Of a stretch of DNA of 64,000 nucleotides, positions 48,780 to 57,162 are shown in pieces; position 1 is the stretch's first letter; every line of letters starts with the position of its first letter. Source of the DNA: Pirellulales bacterium (lineage in GTDB: Bacteria; Planctomycetota; Planctomycetia; Pirellulales; JAICIG01); the NCBI GenBank assembly GCA_040901675.1, contig JBBDYJ010000006.1, positions 93,288-157,287 of the forward strand. Direction: 5' to 3'. A model generated the notes under the pieces. It was not told the origin of the DNA. It did not search any database and saw only the letters and a list, made by a program, of their open reading frames with translations. The translations under genes and the position numbers were made by a program.

Positions 48780-50417
48780 TCATTGGATGCCATGCTGCTC
48801 GAATTCTCCGGCGCGGTAGCGCCGCCAGTAATCGTTCAAGCGCATGCGGACTTTGCCGCTGAGCAGGGCGACGCCCAGGATGTTGGGAAAGGCCATGGAA
48901 AGAATCATCATGTCGCTGAAGTCAAGGATGTTGCCCTCGGTGACGATGGAGCCGAGCACGACGAAGACCAGGAACAACAGCTTGTAGGCCAGCGACCAGC
49001 GGACGCCGAACAGCCGGCACCAGCAGCGCTCGCCGTAGTACGACCAGGAGATCACGGTGGAGTAGGCGAAGAGAAACACCGTCACGCACAGCAGCCAGGG
49101 AAACCAGCTCACCTGCGTCTCGAAGGCCCGCGAGGTCAGCGCGGCGCCTTGCTTCGTATCGATCAAGTCGGCAAAAAGGGGGACCGACCGGTCGTAGGCG
49201 CCGGTAATGACGATGACCAGGCCGGTCATGGTGCAGACGACGACCGTGTCGATGAACGGCTCCAGCAGCGCCACGATCCCCTCGCTGATGGGTTCCTTCG
49301 TCTTGGCCGCGGAATGCGCAATCGCAGCGGAACCGACGCCCGCCTCGTTCGAGAAGGCCGCTCGCTTGATGCCCGTCACCATCACGCCGATGGCGCCGCC
49401 GGCAATGCCCTCGCCGGTGAACGCACCGTCGAGGATCGTGCCGAAGGCGGGGAGGATCCGGTCGTAGTTCGAAAGCAGAATGTAGAGACAGGCCAGCACG
49501 TACAGGCCACACATCACTGGCACGATCTTGTCGGCCACCGAGGCAATGCGGCGGATGCCGCCGATGATCACGATGCCGGCCAGGAAAGCCATCAAGAAGC
49601 CGTAGGTTTGAGGGTAGTGATTCAACCACGGGATCTGCAGCTTAATGGCATTCAGCGACTGGCCAACCTGGAAGGCGCAGCCGCCGCCCAACGAGCCCCC
49701 GATGCACATCACGGTAAAGACAAGAGCCAACACTTTGCCCAACGGCTTCCATCCCAGTTCGGCCAGGCCGTCTTCGAGGTAGTGCATGGGGCCGCCGGAG
49801 ACGCGGCCGTCGACGTCGATCTTGCGGTAGAGCATGCCGAGGCTGCACTCGGCGAACTTGCTGCTCATTCCCAACAGGCCGGCCACGATCAGCCAGAGCA
49901 CGGCCCCCGGCCCGCCCACGCCGATGGCAATCGCCACGCCGGCAATATTGCCCAGGCCGACCGTGGCCGATAGGGCCGAGGAGAGGGCCTGGAAATGGGA
50001 GATTTCACCGGCATGCTCGCCCTTGTCGTAATCGCCGCGCGTGAGGCGGACCGCGTGCCAGAAGGCCCGCACGTTGATGAAGCCCATCCGCAGCGTGAAG
50101 AACACCGCCCCGGCGAACAGCCAAGCCACCACGAAAGGAATTTCGGCGCCGAGCTGTTTCCCGGTGCCGAAGTCGTACATCAGGATCATGTCCAACGGAG
50201 TGACCAGATAGTTGCCGAAGAACTCGTCGATCGGGCCGATCCATTCCGGCGGGCCGGCGACCGGCTGGGCTGCCTGGTCCGCGGCCTGCGGCGGCAGGGG
50301 GTCTTCGGCGGACGCCGGGGTAAAGATAGCGAGGCAACCGAGGAGAAGTGCGGCGGCGCCGAGCGGCAGGATGACCTTCGGGCGGAAGACGAGCGAACGA
50401 AGCGAACCACGCAGCAT
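48780..50417 (-). CDS. Alanine/glycine:cation symporter (AGCS/AlsT family)
   Basis: SHFQALSSALSATVGLGNIAGVA, GGPMHYL, RAAFSNEAGVGSAAIAH, EPFIDT and WSYYGE. Confidence 0.95.
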   Translation of the reverse strand: MLRGSLRSLVFRPKVILPLGAAALLLGCLAIFTPASAEDPLPPQAADQAAQPVAGPPEWIGPIDEFFGNYLVTPLDMILMYDFGTGKQLGAEIPFVVAWLFAGAVFFTLRMGFINVRAFWHAVRLTRGDYDKGEHAGEISHFQALSSALSATVGLGNIAGVAIAIGVGGPGAVLWLIVAGLLGMSSKFAECSLGMLYRKIDVDGRVSGGPMHYLEDGLAELGWKPLGKVLALVFTVMCIGGSLGGGCAFQVGQSLNAIKLQIPWLNHYPQTYGFLMAFLAGIVIIGGIRRIASVADKIVPVMCGLYVLACLYILLSNYDRILPAFGTILDGAFTGEGIAGGAIGVMVTGIKRAAFSNEAGVGSAAIAHSAAKTKEPISEGIVALLEPFIDTVVVCTMTGLVIVITGAYDRSVPLFADLIDTKQGAALTSRAFETQVSWFPWLLCVTVFLFAYSTVISWSYYGERCWCRLFGVRWSLAYKLLFLVFVVLGSIVTEGNILDFSDMMILSMAFPNILGVALLSGKVRMRLNDYWRRYRAGEFEQHGIQ

Positions 50418-50549
50418 CCTGTTGGCCTTTCCGTGGTCTGCCCCTGGGATGGTTTTTGCCAGCGGACGGCGAAACGGACCACGGGATTTCAAAGCAAGAG
50501 CGCAGTCCGCGCGCGGTTGGTAACCGCCAATTGCGACAATAACGCCGCG

Positions 50550-50578
50550 ATTCTAAAGCAGCCCAGGGATAAGGTCAA
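50550..50578 (-). promoter_or_regulatory. Sigma70-like promoter for the AGCS symporter
   Basis: TTGACC-17 nt-TAGAAT on the minus strand. Confidence 0.6.
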
Positions 50579-50642
50579 CGCGGGCGGGAGAGGCGGCATC
50601 GACAAGGGGACAAGGCGAACGCGGGGGGATACGAACGAAGAA

Positions 50643-50735
50643 CTGGGGCACGCTACCGCTTTGCCGCCAGGCACCCGAAGGGGAAGGAGGAAGGACGAAG
50701 ACTGGGGCACGCTGCCGCTTTGCCACCAGCCACCC
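50643..50735. repeat. Two tandem REP-like units ctggggcacgct.ccgctttgcc.ccag.caccc
   Basis: Direct repeats at 50643 and 50702, with a related copy near 22486. Confidence 0.8.
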
Positions 50736-50771
50736 GACTGGGAAGGAGGAAGGAGGAGGGGCGCGAGGGGG

Positions 50772-53246
50772 CTAACGCCGTCCGGTGTCGGGTCCGGCGG
50801 AAAAGCGGGAGGCGTGGGGCATGGAGCTGGCCTCCGCCGCCGCGGCGCCTGGCCGCCTGGCTGCCTTGTCGTCCGTCCACGGAGCGGGACGACCGGCCGG
50901 ACGCGGTTTTTCATCGGCGCCCGCGGTGGTGTAGCGGCGGCCGAACAGCGCGCCCAGCGGGCCGGCCAACAGGGCAGGGAGCAAGAGCAAGTTGCCGACC
51001 AGCGCCGCCGAGAGCAACGTGACCATCAGGTAGCCGAACCGCTGGGTGGGCGTGAACGGGCTGAGAGCGAAGACCGACAATCCCAGACCGATCACGCCCC
51101 AGCTCTGGTACATCGGGCGCGCGCAGGCCTTGTAGGCATACATCACCGCCTCGGGCCGGACGAGTCCCCGCCTCAATCCGTTGCGGTAGTTGATCATGAA
51201 GTGAACGACGTCGTCGACGGTGACCCCCAGGGCGACCGCGGGCGCCATGACCGTGCCGATGTCGACCACGATCCCCAGCCAGCCCATCAGGCCGAAAATC
51301 ACGATCGCCGGGAAAATGCTGGGCACAGCCAGGATCAAGCCGGCCGACCAGTCGCGGACGGCAAGCATCATGATGATCGTGATCAGCAAAAAGTCGGTGA
51401 CGAAGCCGAACACCAGGCCGTCCAGGAGCGAGTTCTGGGCCTTGTAGATGAGCGGGACCAGCCCGGTATAGACGGCCCGGACGCCCTGGCCGCCGTTGGC
51501 GGCGGGTCCCGCGACGATGGGGTCGACCTCGGCCTTGATGTGTGCCAGGACGGTGCCGTAGTCGACGTCGGTGAGCGCTCCGACGCGGGCGCTGACGCGC
51601 CACAATTCCTTGCCTTCCTCGATGGCCAGGTAGTCTCCTTCGAGGTACTCGTCGCGGTGCTCCTGGAGGTTCTTGTTGTACATGGTCCGAGCAAGCTGGT
51701 ACTGGTCGCGAAAGGCAAGCCGGCCCAGCACCCCGGTGACGCCGGAGCGCGCGCGGTAATCCTCGGGCCGCGGCAGCGGCGGGGCGAAGGTCACGGCCGA
51801 CAGCGCGCTGCCCACGCCGGGGATGTTCTGAGCCTTGTGCTGGACGGCGCGGACCAGTTCCATCCGCTCCAGGAAGTTCAGCTCGCTCTTGTCCGGATCG
51901 ACCACGAGCACGATTTCCATCGGCACCAGCTCGCCAAGATGCTGCTCCAGCCAGTGATAATCGGAGATGATCTTGGCGTTGGAAGGGAAGAGCCGCATCA
52001 TGTGCACGGACGTCTTGATGCGGGTCATGCCGAAACCGCAGACGACGAGAATCAAGAGGCAGGCGCAGGTAATCCAACCTTGGCGGCGGGTGATCATTTC
52101 TCCCACGGGACGCCAACGGGCGGAGACGAGCGGATCGGCCGGAGCGGTGTCGCGGCCCTGGGCCGCTGCCGCCGCCACGCCGCGCAACGGCCAGCTCTGA
52201 AAGGCGGCCGGGAGGAGAAAGAACAGCATGATGGCGCTACAGACCACGCCGATGGCCGAGTACAGGCCGAAAAGCTGAATCGGCACCAACTCGCTGATGC
52301 AGAGCGTCAAAAGGCCGATGGAAGTGGTGGCGGTGGCCAGCGTCAAGGGGAGCCAGGCGTGCTGAATGGCCTTCTTCGGCGCAGTGACGACGTCGACGCC
52401 GGCGGCCAGCTCGTCGCGATAGTAGTTGGAAAGATGGATTGCGCCGGAAATGGTGGCCACGTAGACCAGCGAGGGCATCGTCAGGAGGATGGCGTTCATG
52501 ATGTGGCCGGAGTACCAGACGATGGCCAGACTCATTGCGGCGCTGTAGATGCCGGCGAAGAAGACCATGGCGATCAGCTTGGCGTTACGCAGGCACCACC
52601 AGGAGATGACCAGGCCGATGGCCGCCGCCAGGCCGGCCAGGCGATAGAGGCTCTGCTCGCCGGCCTCGTCGATGGCGACGTTGTCGATGGGGGGGCCGCC
52701 CATGTGCAGCTCTGCCAGCGGGATGCCACACTCCGCGGACGCGGTGGAACGGATCGTGTTGACGACGGCGCGGAGCCGGTCCTTGCCGTAATCGGACAAG
52801 GTGAAGACGATGCAGGTCGACTCGCCGTCGGGCCCGATCAGCGAACCCTTTAAGCGGTCCGCGGCGGTAGCGTAATCGAGTTGGACGGGCTCGGAGGTCA
52901 GCCGGTTCAGCGTGGCGGGGCCGGTGAGCACCTCCTTGAAGTAGCGGGCCCGGTCCTTTTCCGGCGGCCGCCCCGCGGCGGGTGAAAGCTTGTCGACCAT
53001 CAGCCGCAATCGCTGGTCGTCGAGCGTGCAGCCGTCCCAACTGGCGAGGATGAACTGCTCTCCGGCAAAATGGGAGCGAAACCACTGAAACACTTCGGTC
53101 TCGTGGTACTCGCTGGGCAGCCATTGAGCCACGTCGTTGCGGTTGGAGCGCAAGGCCCGCAGCGCGCCGCCCATGATCGGGAAGAACAACAGCGCCGCGA
53201 CCACCAGGATGCGGAAGGCGTTACGCTCGTAGAACGATTGTTTCAT
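50772..53246 (-). CDS. MMPL/RND family transporter
   Basis: Two repeats of TM, periplasmic domain and 5 TMs, with GVTVDDVVH and TTSIGLLTL. Confidence 0.9.
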   Translation of the reverse strand: MKQSFYERNAFRILVVAALLFFPIMGGALRALRSNRNDVAQWLPSEYHETEVFQWFRSHFAGEQFILASWDGCTLDDQRLRLMVDKLSPAAGRPPEKDRARYFKEVLTGPATLNRLTSEPVQLDYATAADRLKGSLIGPDGESTCIVFTLSDYGKDRLRAVVNTIRSTASAECGIPLAELHMGGPPIDNVAIDEAGEQSLYRLAGLAAAIGLVISWWCLRNAKLIAMVFFAGIYSAAMSLAIVWYSGHIMNAILLTMPSLVYVATISGAIHLSNYYRDELAAGVDVVTAPKKAIQHAWLPLTLATATTSIGLLTLCISELVPIQLFGLYSAIGVVCSAIMLFFLLPAAFQSWPLRGVAAAAAQGRDTAPADPLVSARWRPVGEMITRRQGWITCACLLILVVCGFGMTRIKTSVHMMRLFPSNAKIISDYHWLEQHLGELVPMEIVLVVDPDKSELNFLERMELVRAVQHKAQNIPGVGSALSAVTFAPPLPRPEDYRARSGVTGVLGRLAFRDQYQLARTMYNKNLQEHRDEYLEGDYLAIEEGKELWRVSARVGALTDVDYGTVLAHIKAEVDPIVAGPAANGGQGVRAVYTGLVPLIYKAQNSLLDGLVFGFVTDFLLITIIMMLAVRDWSAGLILAVPSIFPAIVIFGLMGWLGIVVDIGTVMAPAVALGVTVDDVVHFMINYRNGLRRGLVRPEAVMYAYKACARPMYQSWGVIGLGLSVFALSPFTPTQRFGYLMVTLLSAALVGNLLLLPALLAGPLGALFGRRYTTAGADEKPRPAGRPAPWTDDKAARRPGAAAAEASSMPHASRFSAGPDTGRR

Positions 53247-53547
53247 GAAGTGGAGCGGCGGGCGGTCACAGCGGGTTCAGGGAGAGGCAGGCGACGGGAA
53301 TGGAGCGTGGGGATGGGCCTCCAGCCCAAAACGAGTGGAAAATCGCACGTCCATAGGTGTTTGCGGGTGCCTGGCGGGAGCAGGGCCTCGCCGCCCATCT
53401 TCACCGCCCAGTGATCTTTGGAAGTCTAACCGCTGGCAGGGATCAAGTCGATATGAGCGGCGAGGCGGGGGGAATAAAGCCGCGCGAAGACGTAGGGGAT
53501 ACGTAAGGCAGGGGAAATGGGTTTTTTGATGTCAGGGGCACCACGGG

Positions 53548-56500
53548 CTATTTCGCGGCGCGATAGTCGTGGAGGAGGGCCTCGATGCGGATTTGCACGG
53601 GCTGCGTCTGCAAGATCAACAGGCAGCTCGAGGCCGGATCGAAGTGGAGCACGGCGGGACCGCCGGCGGTGTCCCAAGTGGCGCCGGCGACCTGGCCGGC
53701 AATCCGATCGACAAGCGCCTCGGCCGTCCTGCCGCTGCTCAGAAGGTCGCCCACGGGATGAAACTCCAGTTCCAGGCGGTCCTTATAGGCGCGCTGGGTG
53801 GTGATCTCGAAGGTCCGCTCGTCTACAATCCGCGCCGCCAGGTCCAAGGGATCTGTCAGCGCGGCCAGCGCCTGGGACAGCGGTTGCTCGACGACGGAAA
53901 GAGTCACGCCCGTTTCTGGCGACAGCCCCTCACCGGCCAGGGCCAGCCCGTCGAACAGCACGTTCACGCCCGCGACGTTCTGGAAGTGCTCGACGACGCG
54001 GCGCAGCGGTGTTTCGTCGGGAAAGGTGGCGGTCACCGAGCTGGCCAGCCTCGGCCTGGCCCGCGAAAAGCGTGTTTGCAGGGCCGCACTGGCTGCGCTG
54101 GGCTGGCTGGGCGAGCGGGCGCGCGCGGCTCGCAGGCGGGTGAGGAAAGCTTCGATCTGCCGGTGCACCGCCAGCGTTTGCTTCACTTCCAATGCCTGCT
54201 CACGGACGCCGATCGTTCCCTCGCCACCCACCCCCCGCCAACTGGTCGGTTCCAGCAGCCGCTCGACGAGCTGGGCCAACTGCTCGGCGGCCCGCTGGTT
54301 GGCGGCCAGGCCGTCGATCGGGTGCGGAATCGTTTCGAAGACCCGCTGCTGGCGATAGTTGCTGGTCACCAGGAGCTGCCCTTCGACCACGACGTACCCA
54401 AGGCCGCGTTCCTGGAGCACCGCGTCGAGTATCTGGCCGATGGTGGCCTCGGTCATGCGGATCGAGACCTTGTCGTCGGGCCCGACCCCCGCATCGAGCA
54501 GGCCTTCGAGATCGAGAGTGATGGGCAGCGTGCTCAACTGGCGGAGCAAGTCGACGACGTCGGACAGCGCAGCGCGGTCGAGCTCGATGGCGGCGACACG
54601 ATCGGCCAGGCGGGCTTCGATGTCGGCGGGCGGGTCGTCCGGCCGGCGGTCTTGGCGGCTGGCGCGGCCGAGTGCTTCGGGCGGGCCGTCCGGCTCCGGC
54701 TCGGTTGCTGGCGGCAGCTCGTCGGGTGTGGGATCAACGGGGGCCGATTCGTCTCCGGGGACATCCAAGGGCCCAGAAAGATCCAAGGGCTCTGTCGGCG
54801 GGCCGGCGAGCAGGTCGACGTGCTCGCCGCCGTGAGCGGTCGCGAGCGACTCCAGCACGCGAGGGTCGATGTCTTTCGAGAGGAAACGGACCGAGCCATC
54901 GGCCATGCCGGCCAGCATGCCGTCGGGCTGGCCGCTGCCAAAGCCGTCAGGCCCGTTGATGTAGGGCCGCGCCGTGAGGGCGCGGACGGTGGCGTCGCCG
55001 CCGGCGGACCAGGAGCCGAGCCGCCCGCTGACGCCCAGGGTTGCAATCGTGTTGGAGGCGCCGTCGGCGATGTCGTGGCGGCCCAGGCGCCGCTGGTAAC
55101 CGAAGACGCCGGCGCGCGGGTCGCCGGTGGGCAGCCGCGCGGCGTCGGGGCCAAGGCCGGCCAGACCCACGTAGTGCGTCACGGGAAAGCCGGCCTCGGT
55201 AAATGCCGCGCCAAGGGCGGGGTTGGCGACGAGCGACAGCCGGCGGCGGGTCACGCGGGCGTTGACCGGATCGTTCCACGGCCGGCCGAAGTTGAGCTCG
55301 GCATGCCAATCGAGATGGCCGTAATAGGGCAACAGCGTGGCCATCCAGCTCAAGCGCGTCTCGGGTGGCAAGAGTGCGGCGCCGGCCGCGCCGGCGGGCA
55401 GGGTTTGCTCGACCGTCTCATAACCGGCCAGCGCGGCCAGGAGCTGGCGGTGATTCTCCTCGTCGATCGGCCGGGCGGCGGCCAACCGCGTGGCCTCCAA
55501 CACCGGCGCGCTGGCCACCGCGGCGGCGGCCAGCTTCGACAGGTCGCCATGCCACTGGGTGCGGACCCAGACGGTTGCCTGGTCGACACCGAGTTGCCGA
55601 GTGGCCAGGGCAGCCTGTCCGGCGGTGAGCAACTGCTTGAATTGAGCGGCCCGCTGGGTGGTGAGCTGGCCGGCGAGCAGGTGCTGGGTGATCTGGTCGC
55701 TGTGGGCGGCGATGCTCTTTTCGGCGGCAGCCAAGGCCGCGTCGAGCGAGGCGTGCAGTTGTTCGGCCGTGCTCTTGCCGTCGCAGAGCAGGTGCATCCG
55801 CGTGTCGAGCGTATCTTCCAGATCAGCGGCGTGGAGGTTCAAGCCCAGGGCCAGCGGCGACTCGAAGACCACTTTCCAGTCGCCGGAAAGGTCGTATGCC
55901 GTGTCGACCAAGGGCCACCATCGCGGCCGACCGCCCGCGCGGCGCAGGGCGGGCAAGTCGACGGCCAGCAGCAGATCGGAGTCGGCATTGAGGACGCTGA
56001 GCAAGTGGTCCAGCGCGGGGTTGTCGATGGCTGGCTGCCGGCTGGTCCGCTCGACCACGGGGCGTAGCACGCCGGCGGCGCCGGTGACTAAGGTCCGCTG
56101 GCCGGCCACGACCACCGGGTAAGCCCAGATTTTGGAGGGCGGCTGGTAGCACCTGGGGCCTCCGCTGGACCAGTCCAAAGATTGGCAGCCCTGGGGCAGC
56201 CGTCCGACCGATTCCAGCGGGCCGGTCAGCTCGACTGCCACCAGGCCTGCTTCGAGCCAGGCGTCGCGGGGGCCAAGCTGAGTCGTACACGCAGTGACGC
56301 GGCTGACCTCGTCCGGCCTGAGCCCGAACGCCAGGTAAAAGCGTTTCAAGGCATCGCTCAGAGCGGAGCTGCCGGGCAAAGCGCCGTGCGAGAGTTCGGC
56401 CACCTCGTCGAGCAGTTGCGGATACGCCTTGCGGCCGGCGTCCGTGGGGCGGATGCTCAGCACGGCCTGGGAGCCGGCGGTAATCCAACGTCGCGGGATA

Positions 56501-57069
56501 GCTGAGTTGGCGCTCTCCGGCGGTTGGTGCTTGGGCCGCGGAGCCGGCTTGGAAGCAATCGCCTGGGCGGAACGCGGCCGGACAACCGGATCGTCAGGCG
56601 CCGGCCGGGAGCTGAAGAAAAGCAGCCCGCCCACCGCAACGATGACCAGACCGGCACCGCTGCACAGCAGCCACTTGCCCCAGACCACGGGGGTTGGCAG
56701 CGAAGCGGCGGCCGGTGCAGGAGTCGCCGCGGCGGCTGCATCGGGCACTGCGTTGGGCAACGACGCATCGGCGGCGGCCTGTTCGGCGAGGCTGGCCTGC
56801 TCGGAGCCCGGCGGGTCCGCTTGGTCGCTCCAGCGGGGCGCCTTGCGCGGCAAGGCCGGCAGTGCTGCCGCTGCCGCTGCCGCAGAGGCAGGCGCCGCGG
56901 GTGCGACATCGGGCGTGGCGGCCGGCGCGGGTGGCTGCCAGCCCGCCGGCGCGAGTACCTGCACCATGCTGCCGCACTTCGGGCAGGAGAGAATCTGGCC
57001 AATGGCCGCCAGGTCGCGGACTTTCAGGCGGGCGTGGCAGGTGGTGCAGATAATCGAGAAGAGTTCCAC
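53548..57069 (-). CDS. Zinc-ribbon/TM/DUF1559 protein with C-terminal STN/secretin-N-like repeats
   Basis: CTTC...CPKC N-terminus, Pro/Ala linker and TM. LSWMATLLPY...DGASNT...GMADGSVRFLS is DUF1559. Two LSDVVDLLRQ / LRRVVEHFQN-type domains follow. Confidence 0.85.
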   Translation of the reverse strand: MELFSIICTTCHARLKVRDLAAIGQILSCPKCGSMVQVLAPAGWQPPAPAATPDVAPAAPASAAAAAAALPALPRKAPRWSDQADPPGSEQASLAEQAAADASLPNAVPDAAAAATPAPAAASLPTPVVWGKWLLCSGAGLVIVAVGGLLFFSSRPAPDDPVVRPRSAQAIASKPAPRPKHQPPESANSAIPRRWITAGSQAVLSIRPTDAGRKAYPQLLDEVAELSHGALPGSSALSDALKRFYLAFGLRPDEVSRVTACTTQLGPRDAWLEAGLVAVELTGPLESVGRLPQGCQSLDWSSGGPRCYQPPSKIWAYPVVVAGQRTLVTGAAGVLRPVVERTSRQPAIDNPALDHLLSVLNADSDLLLAVDLPALRRAGGRPRWWPLVDTAYDLSGDWKVVFESPLALGLNLHAADLEDTLDTRMHLLCDGKSTAEQLHASLDAALAAAEKSIAAHSDQITQHLLAGQLTTQRAAQFKQLLTAGQAALATRQLGVDQATVWVRTQWHGDLSKLAAAAVASAPVLEATRLAAARPIDEENHRQLLAALAGYETVEQTLPAGAAGAALLPPETRLSWMATLLPYYGHLDWHAELNFGRPWNDPVNARVTRRRLSLVANPALGAAFTEAGFPVTHYVGLAGLGPDAARLPTGDPRAGVFGYQRRLGRHDIADGASNTIATLGVSGRLGSWSAGGDATVRALTARPYINGPDGFGSGQPDGMLAGMADGSVRFLSKDIDPRVLESLATAHGGEHVDLLAGPPTEPLDLSGPLDVPGDESAPVDPTPDELPPATEPEPDGPPEALGRASRQDRRPDDPPADIEARLADRVAAIELDRAALSDVVDLLRQLSTLPITLDLEGLLDAGVGPDDKVSIRMTEATIGQILDAVLQERGLGYVVVEGQLLVTSNYRQQRVFETIPHPIDGLAANQRAAEQLAQLVERLLEPTSWRGVGGEGTIGVREQALEVKQTLAVHRQIEAFLTRLRAARARSPSQPSAASAALQTRFSRARPRLASSVTATFPDETPLRRVVEHFQNVAGVNVLFDGLALAGEGLSPETGVTLSVVEQPLSQALAALTDPLDLAARIVDERTFEITTQRAYKDRLELEFHPVGDLLSSGRTAEALVDRIAGQVAGATWDTAGGPAVLHFDPASSCLLILQTQPVQIRIEALLHDYRAAK

Positions 57070-57162
57070 GTCCCGTCTGCCTTTTCAAGCTAAGCACCTG
57101 CTTCTCGCGGCCGCCAGGGCGGCCACTCCAAGCAGTGGCACAATGTCCACGCAGTGGCAGGT

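Noticed and set aside
50418..50640. Glycine riboswitch upstream of the AGCS symporter
   Set aside because: I could not find the aptamer's conserved GGAGA...CCGAAG...CTCTCAGG elements, only a promoter-like sequence.
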